Shown piece by piece: positions 1 through 12,489 of a stretch of DNA of 53,802 nt. Position 1 is the first letter of the stretch. Each line of letters opens with the position of its first letter. The translations under genes and the position numbers were made by a program. This stretch comes from Octopus bimaculoides (lineage: Eukaryota): assembly GCF_001194135.2 (NCBI RefSeq), contig NC_068998.1, forward strand, positions 12,692,492-12,746,293, read 5' to 3'. The notes beneath the pieces were generated by a model. It did no database searches. It was given only the letters and a program-made list of their open reading frames with translations, and was not told the origin of the DNA.

Positions 1-279
1 AGAAATAAATATAACAAGGAAGATTTTAAAGTAAAGCAGACACAAATAAATATATGAAGTTAGACAAACTTAAAGGAAAATGTATAGAAAAATGAAATGA
101 AACAGTAACAATAGAAAATTGAATACAATGAAACCAAATATGCCAAATGTAAAGAAATGAAAGATCTATTTTTAAAAAAAAGTAAATGGATTAAAGAGAA
201 ATAAGAATACTACTAAAATTTTAAATGCTTATTTATGTTGCAAATATGCACACACACACACACAATATATATGTATGTA

Positions 280-920
280 TAGGGATTGGACAAAATAATG
301 GTAACCCCTAGCATCATAATTTTGAAATATCTATAAAACCGTCAAAAGCTTGTTTATTTTTATGTTTTTTGATTTATTATTAGTGTTGCTTAATATGTTT
401 TGCTAAAATTGCAGTTTCTTTTCAGATATCATCAGAAAAAGGTAATTAAAATACATTAAAATGACAGATCTATCGGACTTTCAAAGAGGTCAAAATGTTG
501 GTGCTCATACGGCAGGCGCTAGTGTAACAAAAACAGCCAAAATGCTTGGTGTATCAAAAAGTACTTTCTCGAAAGTAATGACAGACTTTGAGAAAGAGGG
601 AAGAACCTCCTCATCGAAACAAAACTCTGGAAGAAAACTAAAACTTTCAGATAGGGACCGTCAGACTCTTACGCGAATTGTTAGAAAGGATCACAAAAGT
701 ACAGCTCCCAAAATTACTGCAGAGCTTAATGACCACCTTGAGAACCCAGTTTCCACAAAAACTGTTCGCCAAGAGTTGCAGAAAGCTGGATTTCACAGGG
801 GGGCTGCAATCAGAAAACCACTACTTTCAAAAACAAATGCTGCAAAGCATTTAGAGCGGAATAAAACCTACAGAATTGGTACCTAGAGCAGTGGAAGAAT
901 GTTATTTTCTTGGACGAACA
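280..920 (+). mobile_element. Tc1-family DNA transposon, left end and truncated transposase
   Basis: ORF 461-886 encodes the paired HTH region (LSDFQRGQ.VGA...GASVTKTA..LGVSKST; GRK.KLSDRDR..L.RIV; VSTKTVR.EL...G...AAIRKPLLS). TIR-like start agggattggacaaaataatgg. Frameshifted and truncated before the DDE core. Confidence 0.9.
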
Positions 921-2379
921 CACCAACATCAGTTGTCAAGCATTGGAGGAGGGACAAACACAGACACACACAAATATATACAATAAATAAATTATTGATA
1001 AAATCTCAAATGACATTTAGAAATTAAGACAGATGGAAGTAGAAATTTGAATAAAATAACTAACAGGGGGAATAACTCTTACACACATTCAAAAGCAACG
1101 TAATGAATTTTACATACTCCAATTATACATTGATCTGGTATTGTTTCTCATGACAGAGAAATGTAATAACTAGAAGTAAATTTTATTTATCATCCTCATA
1201 CTATTTCTAGCAAGTCTCGAAAACAGAAAAATAACACTGGATTCTGTAGTTTTAGATATACAAGTGACTAAAAAAAAATAACAGGATAGTCATTGATAGA
1301 ATGGTTTTTGATCATTAGATTCTTTGGTCAGGGTTGACTTGGACTTAAACAACAGCATGCAATATGAAATGTAAAAATGCCACCTGATAACACCCACTTC
1401 CCATGATGCTCAGTGCTTTGTACAAAGTTTCATGGGATTGAGGGATATATTTTCTCATAACTAGGAAATTGATTTATCACAGGTGACATTTCCCATCATA
1501 CAGTGAACAAGTAATGCAGAATTTAAGTGTATAATTCAAATACATAATAAAACACCTGTTGTGGAATTAAATTCAATATCAACAAGATGTCAGTCCAGTA
1601 CTAATATCTACTCTAGATTTCCCCTTAATTCAGCGTGGATCAAATAAAGAACAAGGAGATCACTATTTCTTTTATCACCACTCAACTACTGAAACTGTTC
1701 CCCATCCCACAACTGTAACTCTTTTCACACACCTATTTCATCTGTTCCCACTCAATACAATTGACGTGAGCAAGAGCTTTGTTCAATGAAAGGACCCCAC
1801 CCATTCTTTTACACAGCCAGAACAATAGTTAGCCTAATATTAACTAAAATGTTAACAAATGAAAACAAAACGCAAAGTTTTTCTTTCCAGCCCAGTATTT
1901 AAGCGCATTTTTTGTAATTCTATTATAATCACCAATATCTTAAAGAAATCTGTATTGCTATGAACATGTCAGTGAACGTGCTTCTATTGTATTTCATTTT
2001 TAATAACTAACTTCTTTTTTACAGATAAGCAATAACTCAACCAACATGTCATACTGAATGTAGCTTAACCTTTGTGTTACACTATAACTTGTATAAATAC
2101 CAATATTCAGAAAATAATGTAAAAAATAAAATTCATTTTGTTTAATAATCACAGATACAAAACTGGTTAACTTTCAGTAAGTTGCTTTAATCCAGATTGG
2201 CTCTGATGAAGCAGACCTATGATCAGAGCTTTCCAACTATCACCATCGAGTATTTTCAGATAAAGTATCTAGCACTACATTCATCCAATAAAGCCCTGGC
2301 CCTTTTTAAGTTGGTATGGTATTTCTAACAGGTCAACTGACCATGTAGACTTTCCCCCACATCATAAGTTCAAACAAAG

Positions 2380-2727
2380 CTAATGTGGCAGAAACAGAGA
2401 TACTTAATTTCTTCAGAGTTGGGTGAAATCGTGATGGCACCTGTGCCCAGCGTCGTCTTCCTGGCACTTGTGCCGGTGACACATGTAAAGACATTCGAGT
2501 GAGATCATTACCAGTGCCGCTGGACTGGCTACTGTGCAGGTGGCACGTAAAATAGTTACGAAAGCCCTTTGGAGTGGTTGGCGTAAGGAAGGGCATCTGG
2601 CTGTAGAAACTCTGCCAGATCAGATTGGAGCCTGGTGTAGCCATCTGGTTCACCAGTCCTTAGTCAAATCGTCCAACCCATGCTACCATGGAAAGCGGAT
2701 GTTAAACAATGATGATGATGATGATGA
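2380..2727 (+). mobile_element. SINE family D (RTE-type 3' tail ending in (ATG)n)
   Basis: Homologous to 10198-10345 (+), 12857-13141 (-), 11420-11760 (-) and 48172-48520 (-). Shared core gaagggcatccagctgtagaaactctgccagatcagattggagcctgg. Confidence 0.85.
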
Positions 2728-2977
2728 GAGAACCTTTAGGAAGTTGCTCAAACTACTAGAAGTAGGAAACAAAATTTCTCTCAAGTCACACTACTTCCAT
2801 TAAAAAAAACAAAAAAACAAGACATACTGCATAACATGGTCTAAGATGAACTATGTTTCATAACATGAGGTGGTCAAGAATAGAATGTCTTTGATCATAT
2901 TGGTAAGCTGAACACAACTGACTATATCATATATGTGTATATATATCATGATGGTGATGATGATGATGTTAACTCAC

Positions 2978-3081
2978 CTTCTTTCGGTTTCTAGTGGACA
3001 ACCATTCATTACAGTTTTCTTTCACATTCTCAGCTTTCTCATTTGTGTGCTTCTTCATTCTAATCAATTCAACCTCTCAAA
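2978..3081 (-). CDS. Putative exon of a second minus-strand gene, with possible start ATG at 3058 (MKKHTNEKAENVKENCNEWLSTRNRKK)
   Basis: T-rich tract then gtgtag acceptor, and an AAG|GTGAGT donor. All three frames have a stop near the exon start, so it is either a first-coding or a non-coding exon. No family recognised. Confidence 0.3.
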
Positions 3082-3333
3082 CTACACCAAAATAAAAAAA
3101 AAAATTTTTAAATGCATCAACTTATAAACCATCTCTTTCATTAATACATGAAATGGGGGAAATTTGCAGAAAATAATTTTAGACTACCTTCAGATTTCAA
3201 CACTGTTTAACCTTATATTCAACAGTTTAACCCATATAGTACAGTTTTGTTCACCTATTTCCTGACCATCTTCAGGTACTTTTATCAATCACACATATAT
3301 CACAAACATACGTGTGTGTATATATATAGAGAG

Positions 3334-3427
3334 AGATGTCACTAAAGTGACAGAGGATGCAAAATGTCTCTGGCATTGCTAGTAATGCCAGTACCACTTT
3401 GTATCTTCTGTCACTTTCGTGACATCT
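3334..3427. repeat. 94-nt fold-back inverted repeat (MITE-like hairpin)
   Basis: Arms agatgtcactaaagtgacagaggatgcaaa and tttgtatcttctgtcactttcgtgacatct pair over 30 bp (1 mismatch, 2 G-U). Inner stem ctggcattgc/gtaatgccag. Confidence 0.85.
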
Positions 3428-3766
3428 ATAAATTTGCCTTTAGGTTGTTAAATTGCTAGTAAGCTACCCATGCTTAGTATAAGCACATGAAGTAGTAGGA
3501 ATCAAAATAATGCTTACAATTGTTTTTAACTTATTCTAGCAGACTAAAGTGTGAAAGGCATTCACTAGAAGATTTTGTTTTAGAGGAAAAAGTTTCTATA
3601 GAGTTTGTTTGTGAAATCACATCAAGCCAAGCTCCAAGAGACAACAGCATAATCATTCCCCGAGGAAAAGTAGCAAGAGAGAAATTAACCATTTTCATGA
3701 GCCCACCTGAGACCACCCCAGGTTCTTTGACATAAACTTACTGCTTCTTCTTCTTGCTTTGATGTT

Positions 3767-4420
3767 GCCAGGTCATATTTCAGCACCCAGTCTCAGCTGG
3801 CATCATCTTCACACCAGCCTTGACAAAAGCAATAGTTTTCTTCAATAAGCAGAGGTTTCTGCAATGGCTAATTCCACTATGGATGATGTCTGCTATTGCC
3901 TCAGGACCTGATCATGCCACCAGCAGTAGCAGCCCTCACCCAAAGCTTCTGGACAGCTACAGGTGTACTTCATGGTGTTCTTCAGACACAAAGGACTTCA
4001 CCTTTCCCAGCAGAACAGTTGGATGGGTTCGGTGGACATCACAAACTGTGTGAATCAGGAATTTCATCTAGTGAAAATATGCTCTCCAAAGCTCAGGCTA
4101 TGAGACTTTACATGCCACAGTTAGCTCCTACCTTAACCAGGCTCCCTGGTGCCCCACCCCAACAGCGTTGCTGGTTTTCTACTCAATCAACACTAGCACC
4201 TCATTCCAGGTCAGTAACTTTCCTGTCTCTGAGGCAACTTTCCAGTGATGTACTGTCACGCTACATAGGTCTGGGGTTTGCAACACCTGGAAGTTCTGAC
4301 CTCGACTCCTCCTGCATCTCACCAGAGTTGGTGTCTGTGCACTGTGACACTTGCACCATCTCTACACATTTCATCTTGATCAACTGAATCTTCAGGCCAT
4401 GCAGATTCTTACACACTTCC
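3767..4420 (-). mobile_element. Degenerate HERO-like (RLE-endonuclease) non-LTR retrotransposon fragment
   Basis: Frameshifted minus-strand peptides HQGAWLR*, ELWRA...MKFLIHTVCDV, SCPEALGEGCYCWWHDQVLR, IAFVKAG and DWVLKYDL match motifs typical of the zinc-knuckle/RLE region of this group (QQGAWTRW, ELWKAEPHRIKFLIQSVYDV, CPKALGEGRYRWRHDQVL). Confidence 0.75.
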
Positions 4421-5289
4421 AACAAACTCATTCTGTGTCCATTGTTGATTTTCTATTGAGCAAACCTATAACTGAAAATAACCCACCAATGACCATCCCA
4501 CCATTTTTTCGAGATTACCTAATATGTCCTATTTTTTAATATGATAGGGGTGTAATTTGAGGAATATTCAGTTGCTATTTGTAGAAGGTTGAGGAACAGC
4601 TGTCTCATTGGCTCAGATCTTTGTGGTAGCCTAGGGCTAAGGACATTTAGCTCTTACTGGTTTTGTGGTATGATGACAAATTGGAAGAAATTTAAGGGCT
4701 TTAGGCACTTTACATCCCGCATTGTAATCCCCATCAACTATTGCTTTCCCATCCTTTCAAAGGTTGATAAAGTACCAGTCCAAAATTGTGAATTGGTGGA
4801 AACATTGGTATTGGACAAAATGCATTGTGGTATTTGTTCCAGATCTTTGCATTCTAAGTTCCAAAGTAGGAGTGGTGTGACAGATTTGTCTGTGCCTAGC
4901 CAGTGTAATAAAGGTATCAAAGACCACTTTTGTATTTTCCCATAAAAGTTCTCAGGAATAAACACATATGTCTAAAGGAAGACAGCAAGGGTCATTTATG
5001 ACCTAACATAAAAAGGAAGGCTATTCAGTGACCCAGAGTTGCAGACATGCACTACTCTGTAGATAGTATTAACTCTGATTTGACCATCCTGTCTCCTTTT
5101 GAGACAGGATAGCTGTATGGTTAAAAAGTTTACTTCTTCAACATGTAGTTTCGAGTTTAGTCTCATTCCATAGCACCTTTCCTTCTACTACAGCTTTGAA
5201 CCATCAACTACTTTGTGAAGGAATTTGGTAGGTGGAAACTGCAGTAAGCAACGCGTGCCTATACATGAATGAAAATGAATGTCGATGTT

Positions 5290-5935
5290 CTACGCTTGTC
5301 ACCAGATGAGTGAATCAACCTGACTGATTTCAATTTGACAGAGGAAATGAAAAGGCAGGTTCTAACTGCTAACCATAGCAACTCAGAAATTACCAGCTTC
5401 TTCAACATGACTGGGTCTTTCATGTTCAGGGTCAGGAAAGAATAGGAAACATACAGTGGGAACATGCCATAAATAGTCAAGAGAAAGAAATTTTCTCAGT
5501 AGTGAGGGGTCTCCAGGACAGTCAAATTCAGCCAGCAGGTCTAGGGTATCATTAACAATAACCCCAATAAATTGAAAAGGGAATTGCAGAGAAGCTCAAA
5601 ATAGCAAAATCCACCATCAGACATGTAGTGAACAGGGACAACAGATACAAGTTCTATGTGATGAGGAGTGAGGAGTGAGCAATTAGTGTTCAGCAGGAGC
5701 CAGACCCTTGCAATCGTGTGAACTTGAAGCATCCTGATTTGAATGATCTAGATAGTTATGTTTGTGACATCATAGAAGGGGAGCATTGGATGGAAGAGAT
5801 GCCTTAGGTGTTGTAGGCAGAATGGGAAGAAGCCACCTGATTCTGGTATGCATCAGGACGGTCATTGAGGCTCAAGGCAATTTTGTTGAGTGGCCCGTTT
5901 CTTTGATATATCTAGCGAAACTCGTATATCCTGTA
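5290..5935 (+). mobile_element. Internally deleted Tc1/mariner relic, DD37D/maT-like
   Basis: Peptides EMKR...EITSFFNMTGSFMFRVRKE, KRKK, STIRHVVNRDNRYKFYVMR, then a jump to HPDLNDLDSYV (SPDLNPLDY-like) and CIRTVIEAQGNFVE (C-terminus). Many in-frame stops. Confidence 0.75.
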
Positions 5936-7979
5936 CATATCTCCTATTTAGGTTGACTAACCTAAGAATTAAACTAATGCCAACCAGGTAAACTACAACA
6001 CTACACACTCAAACTCTGATAAAAAGTGTCATTGATATGATGGTTAGTATTTCTATTCTATCAACTATATATCCTCCACTATCACAAAAACTGATTTGCT
6101 TTGCTCAAATTCAAGAGAAATTATGAACGTCAAATATATTTCATGATAACTAAAATAAGAAAAACAATAATACTGACTGACACCTATAAACGCACATACA
6201 AACATATATAAATATATAAACATACACAAAAGTACAGGGGCACACAAATATAGAGATTCCGAAAAGGTAAAAAAAAAAAAACATACATACATACGACTCT
6301 TTTTTTTTTATAAGTCTATCTACTAAAGGACAAAAAGATGCACAATGCAGAATTGTTATTTTTTAACGTAGTAGGGTCAGCTTAATGAAAATTACCCGCT
6401 TTAACTCTGAAACTATGGAATTGTGGGAATATAACAAACGTTGAGGTTTACCTCCAAAGTCTACAAACTGACACTGGAATAAATGTTTAAATTGGTTACA
6501 TGTGACAACTCTATTATATGTATTAAGAAGTTGAAATACAAAGCATGTCAAAATATATTGCAAGGGTTTCGTTTTGTTGTGAAGCCCCGAAGTCATATAA
6601 AACCTACAAGCCATATATCTATCCAGTTTGGGGGTATTTTTTTGTTATTGTTGTTTATTTTCTTAATTCAGAAACAGTGTATGCCGAATAACTTCCAAAG
6701 AGTCATTTTCTGAACACAATAGGATGTGTGATGAGAAGACATTTAGATGCTATTTCTAGCAGGTCGAGCATTTACAGTCTTTAGCTCGTGTTTTTATTGT
6801 TGAGAGAAACGGTTATCTTTGCAGGAAAAGGATATTAGTTGACTAATTCCATCAGTGGAATGTTTGAGAATGATGAAAAGCGAGGTGAACCTTGGGATGA
6901 TATATATTCATATATTGGTAAGACAGCATCAATCGAAGTAAAATGCAAGTTCACTCTGATACTCTGCTAGCCATGTTCATCACCTTGATTATAACTGGCG
7001 GGATTTGAACTCATAACAAAAAGTGGCACAGGAAGTTTGCCTGGCGCTCTATGAATGCTAACACTAACAATAATATTTCTAATAATAGGCAGAAATTCAC
7101 AAGTTTCACATGAAATTATTAAAATAGACCTCGGAAATGTGAAAGACAAAGTCAATCACGATGGGATTTGAGCGCAGGGCGTTAAAGAACAACTAAATAC
7201 CACAAAGCGTTTTATCCTTCTACTGACTCTGAAACTCCAACACACCCCTAACAATAATAATTATTTCTAACATGGCACAAGATTAGAAATTTAGGGGAAG
7301 GATTATTCAATTAACTCGATCCCAGTTTTTCACTGGGACTTTATCGACCCGGAAGAATGAAAGACAAATTCTATCACGGAAAAATTTGAGCCCAAAATAC
7401 AAAAAGTGATAATTTCCTTCGACTAAGCACGAGGGTAATTTTTGAAAAAGGGTGGGAAATGTATGTGATTAAGTAACCCTGAAGTGTCCAGTTCATTCCG
7501 CCTTACCGACTTTAAAAATGGGAATTATACAAACTAGTGAGAGAGCTTCTGTCAAACAAATAGATAATTAAATGTATAGCATTTAAATTTCCCTGGAGAA
7601 AGACAACCAAGAAACTTCATACACGATCAGCACGGAGTAACACTCAACCCCCTACGAACTTTAAAATAGAGACCAACCGTTTTAAATGCTATATAGTAGG
7701 ACAATGATATACAATAAAGCTATAAAATTAACAAAACAATTACTTAATAGCTACACCTGTTCTATAGTCCTCCAAAAGTAAATCTGAGCAGATGGCAACC
7801 GATCAACAACGAATAGGGGGTCAATATTTAAAGACTATGCGCGCTGATTTCGCAACCAAAGTTTGATTAACGCATGAAAGACTTTTCACTACACTCGCGT
7901 CTCAAATTTCTATTCTCATCCGATCGATCTGACCAGAGTAATAAATGTATATTATGGCATATTCTTGTAATATACTTAC

Positions 7980-8061
7980 AAACAACTTTGTAATGCCCGT
8001 CGATAATATTTCGGTAGAAATTTAGTTTGTTTCTTTCACACTCCCTTTTATAACTCCCGCC
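7980..8061 (-). promoter_or_regulatory. Putative TATA promoter and short non-coding first exon of the second minus-strand gene
   Basis: Minus strand has GGCGGG (8056-8061), TATAAAA (8046-8052) and a GTAAGT donor at 7979. The surrounding 7790-8600 region retains CpG. Confidence 0.4.
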
Positions 8062-8309
8062 TTCGGAACAATTATTGACAGCCGTAGTTTCGTATTATGA
8101 TCCTGAGTAACATATTTACTTTGGCAATTTCTACCTAAACATTAATGTTCACCGTAACATTATCTAATCATTGCACATGGGAAAATTTGATTATCTAAAG
8201 TTTTAAAAATACTAATCGATGAGCGAGTTTCAAAATTTTCTCCTTTCTACACAACACCAGTAACGTACGTTACACGTTCCTAATATAATTTCATTCATTC
8301 AGAATAGTC

Positions 8310-8417
8310 TTCGATTGTTTCAACTTGCTTCTTCTCTTGTGCAAACTATCGTCGTAAATCGAATTCGATTGTTTCAATTTGCTTCTTCTCTTATGCAAAC
8401 TATCGTCGTAAATCGAA
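8310..8417. repeat. Tandem duplication, 2 x 54 bp
   Basis: ttcgattgtttcaa(c/t)ttgcttcttctctt(g/a)tgcaaactatcgtcgtaaatcgaa occurs at 8310-8363 and 8364-8417 with 2 mismatches. Confidence 0.95.
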
Positions 8418-9465
8418 AGTACTGTCGAGCAAAATAATTATTAGGTAAAAATTAGGACACCTGTACATGGCCACTTTTTATGCTAAAAATAACAGCCAAA
8501 TCATCTTCATAGCAAAATATTCAGTAAGGCACCGCCGAAAAAGTAAAAAGCATAAATTCACTGTTCGATTTAAGCAATTCTTTGTACACATTTAACACAT
8601 GTGATCATTTATTAAGTTTGCACAAAATGGTAAATGGTTATATTGAAACTGTTCTAAGAGAAGTTGCATTGTACCAAATGTGCAAATATTGTAATACATG
8701 TCTCTGCTCTACACTTTTATATAGAATTGATTCTGCTGTAGGAACTAGAAAATTTAGTCTTGTATTAGAGGAATCCGAAAACAACACTGCTAACAATCTC
8801 CTGAGAATGTCATAATATACTTCAATAACAATTACAAACAAGTTATGCACATATATTTTGATTTGATACTTAGAGAAGTATAATGCTTATTGGGTAGAGA
8901 TGGACTATATGTAATCTGAACCTTCCCCCCCCCCCTTATTTATTAATTTTTTTACGGAATCCCACGTTTTAGGCTATGGAGATTCCGATTCTGAAAAAAA
9001 AATTTCGAAAAATTTCAATTCCCCTTCCCCCCACCAAGCAGGCTATTTNNNNNNNNNNNNNNNNNNNNNNNNNNNNNNNNNNNNNNNNNNNNNNNNNNNN
9101 NNNNNNNNNNNNNNNNNNNNNNNNNNNNNNNNNNNNNNNNNNNNNNNNNNNNNNNNNNNNNNNNNNNNNNNNNNNNNNNNNNNNNNNNNNNNNNNNNNNN
9201 NNNNNNNNNNNNNNNNNNNNNNNNNNNNNNNNNNNNNNNNNNNNNNNNNNNNNNNNNNNNNNNNNNNNNNNNNNNNNNNNNNNNNNNNNNNNNNNNNNNN
9301 NNNNNNNNNNNNNNNNNNNNNNNNNNNNNNNNNNNNNNNNNNNNNNNNNNAAACGTGAAAACTTGTTGGCTGTAGACGTTGTTTATTCGTTTTCCAACTT
9401 ATTCACATCTTTCGTTATCATTTAAGACCACAACATATTGTCTTTTATATTTGGTTTTTCTTCAA

Positions 9466-9677
9466 GGCGAAGAGCTGGCAGGATCGTTAGCACGCCGGCC
9501 GAATGGCTTAGCGGTATTTCGTCTGTCTTTATGGTCTGAGTTCAAATTCCACCGAGGTCGACTTTGCCTTTCAAACTTTTTGGGTCGATAAATTAAGTAC
9601 CAGTTGCGTACCGGGGTCGATCTAATCAACTGGGCCCCTCCCCAAAAATTTCGGGCCTTGTGCTTAGAGTAGAAAAG
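9466..9677 (+). mobile_element. tRNA-derived SINE family B, full length with 15-bp TSD
   Basis: Head gagctggcaggatcgttagcacgccgg, B-box-like gagttcaaattcc. TSD atttggtttttcttc at 9449-9463 and 9681-9695. Confidence 0.93.
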
Positions 9678-10046
9678 TACATTTGGTTTTTCTTCGATTA
9701 AGTCTTTTCCTGTTTATTGTTATAACTTCGGAATATTTCCAGTTTTACTGTTATTTAGGGATTGGTTTATTTTCCTGGTAATCTTTTGTGTTAATATTGT
9801 CTATGACACAACCAATTCATAATGAGTTTATTAAAAATCATTTATGGATGGCCACGGGATTGCACCGACCACTTTTTTTCTTTTTTCTCTTAGTCTGGTA
9901 CTTATTCTATTGGTCACTTTTTGCTGAACTGTTTAGCTATTTGGATGTGAACAAACCAACACCACTTGTCAGGAAATGGGGGGACAAATACAAAGACATA
10001 TGTGTATCTATATTTACATATATATATGTGCATGTGTATATATATA

Positions 10047-10078
<32 letters not shown>

Positions 10079-10354
10079 AAAATATATAGCTAACACTTCA
10101 AAATGCTCACTTATCTATCACGAAAGGGCTTTCGTAACTATTTTCCAGATATAAAGCTTATGAAAAATATAATTCTTAATTAAATATGAAAACAGATTTG
10201 GCGGTAGGAAGGGCATCCAGCTGTAGAAACTCTGCCAAATCAGATTGGAGCCTGGTGTAGCCATCTGGTTTCACCAGTCCTCAGTCAAATCGTCCAACCC
10301 ATGCTAGCATGGAAAGCAGACGTTAAACGATGATGATGATGATAATGTTAAAAA

Positions 10355-11150
10355 TATCATCATCTTATCATCATTTAATGTCCCTTTTCCCATGTTAGCA
10401 TGGGCCAGACAGTTTGAAATGAATAGATAAGCCAGAGGGCCACAAGGAGCTTCAATATCTGCTTTGGTATGGTTTCTACAGCTGTATGCCTTTTCTATTG
10501 CTAATCACTGGACAAATTTACTGAGTGCTCATTTGGTAGCATCAGTGTTGGCGAGGTCACCAAGTACATGCAAAACAACACACACACCCTCATCCAAGTG
10601 GGATATAGTGTTGAGGGATAAGAAAGTATGATAGGACAGGAGCAGGTATCTTGTAGAACAGGTGAGTGCATGACTTGCCCATCTAAAAGAAGAGAGAAAT
10701 AAGAGGACAAGGTACAAGGTGAATATGAAAGACAGGATAGTACAGAGAAACAGTAAAGGTGGGTGGGTAGAGAGAGAATAGTGTGACAGAGAATGAATTG
10801 TACACAGAGAATAACAGTTCAGTGGAGGGGGAAGTGAAGGAAGGAAATAGGATACTGCAGAAGACTGATGGAAGAATTGGTGTTAGAAGAGGAGTTTTTG
10901 GAGGTTTGACAGAACCCCATTTTTGCCTTCTCACGCACAGCACATTGTTATTCATCTCAGTTCCCTCCCCCACCTCCTTCAAGAAGTTCAGCATCTTGAG
11001 GTTAGTCTTCACCACTTCATCTCTCATCTCCCTCTTCCATAAGTTCCTTCCAGGTTTAGTGATCAGCACTTCTTTATACAACTGCCCTCATCCATCCACA
11101 TCACATGACTATATCAGTGCAGTCTTCTCTCCTGCACGGAACACCTGATA
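10355..11150 (-). mobile_element. RTE LINE 3' fragment with 3' UTR and (ATG)n tail
   Basis: 10910-11150 encodes degenerate SVQERRLH*YSHVMWMDEGSCIKKC...DEVVK, the same family as 46781-47040. It continues into a tail similar to the SINE-D 3' end. Confidence 0.75.
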
Positions 11151-12183
11151 TCACCTGCAATTAGCAACCAAATGATTTGACAAAATAGGTGAAACGAAGT
11201 GACAATTTGAATTTGAAGTATGTAGTGTTTTTCACCTATGGAGAAAATGCTTATACCACTTCCAGATCAAAAGTGAAATTTGTTACAGGGAATGCAATAC
11301 CAATAGTACCATTTTCATTAAATTACAAGAGTCGATGAAAGAACCTCTATGTTGTTGCTCCATCCCTTAGAAATAACAGCTAAATTACATTAAATCACAT
11401 TGTATCATCGTCATTGTCTTTTAATGTCTGTTCTCCATGCTGGTAAAGGTTGGACGGTTTGACAGAAGCTGGTCAGCTAGAGGGCTGCCCAGGCTCCGTT
11501 TGTCTATTTCGGCTTGGTTTCTACAGCTGAATGCCTTTCCTAATGTCAATCACTTTACAGAGTATGCTACATACTTTTTATGCGGCACTGGTACAGACGC
11601 TTTTATGTGGCACCAGCATGGGCACTTTTACATGGCAGAGGCATGGGTGCTCTAATGCGGCACTGGCACGAGTGCTTTTACATGGCACCAGGAGCCACAA
11701 GCCCACAAGACAAGAATCTCCTGGCTGAGAGAGGGATGCAGAGGACATGCCTGTACACATGAACAGCCACGATTTTACTTAGCTTGGTGTGTTATCTCAA
11801 GCACAGCAAACAAACAGAAGTCTTGGTCACTTGTCATCTCCTCTGTGAGGCCCAATGTCTGAAGATCTTTTCTCGCCACTTCATTTTCAAAAAAAAAAAA
11901 AAACACAAAATACAATGTAGATATGATCAAAAACATCCCTATTTGTTGACCATACTGTTTTTTTTATATAAGTCTATTCAATTAGGGCTGACTTGAAGTT
12001 AAAGAAGTCTGATAGGTAATAACATATCAAAATATAACAGAACATAAAATACAAATTAAGGAGACAACAAAGAGAAAAAAAACACAACACAATGCATTTA
12101 GAAAAAAAATAAATACACAGTTTTTAATATATCACAGGTAATGGCAAATCAACATGATTAGTGTTCACTTAAGGTAATGTCCA

Positions 12184-12443
12184 TCATAAACGATCTTCTT
12201 CGTTAACTCGTTCTATGAGGCTCTTGTATTCCAGTTCAAAGCAATAAATACGAATATGAGGGTAGTCCTTCTGTAATTGAAATAGGAAAGTTGACTCCAC
12301 TTTTTCACATGAAAAGAGACCAAGAAAGTAAAGTTTGGTACAGTTTTCAGACACAAAGTTTACTCCTTTATTGGTAATGTTGCTACAGAAACTGACATCA
12401 AGTTGTTCCAGTTTATTGCTATGCTTAGCAATAGCTACAAGGG
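12184..12443 (-). CDS. FBXL17: FBXL17-like last coding exon (final LRRs and C-terminal segment)
   Basis: Acceptor cttttcttccag|, phase 1. Encodes ALVAIAKHSNKLEQLDVSFCSNITNKGVNFVSENCTKLYFLGLFSCEKVESTFLFQLQKDYPHIRIYCFELEYKSLIERVNEEDRL*. Resembles the FBXL17 C-terminus as I recall it (ALIAIG...VDVGWC.EITDQG...YPHI). Confidence 0.92.
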
Positions 12444-12489
12444 CTGGAAGAAAAGAAAAGAGAAAGGTTAAACCAAACAGACTCTCGGT

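Noticed and set aside
1398-1510. Two small hairpins suggesting an H/ACA or C/D snoRNA
   Set aside because: No ANANNA H box, an imperfect C box and only 9 nt of rRNA complementarity.
1634-2053. Plus-strand exon pair (1634-1765, and a short terminal exon near 2025 with AATAAA)
   Set aside because: No recognisable protein, no upstream exon, and the strand base skew favours minus-strand intron.
2978-3058. NEWLSTRNRKK resembling the AbdB-class Hox NWL...RKKR pre-homeodomain motif
   Set aside because: No homeodomain exon follows in the window and the upstream peptide is not Hox-like.
7575-7693. 13-bp inverted repeat tatagcatttaaa/tttaaatgctata
   Set aside because: It is short and AT-rich with a non-complementary interior, which is insufficient to call a MITE.
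8310-8417. CRISPR-like repeat
   Set aside because: There are only two adjacent units with no spacers, in a eukaryotic context.
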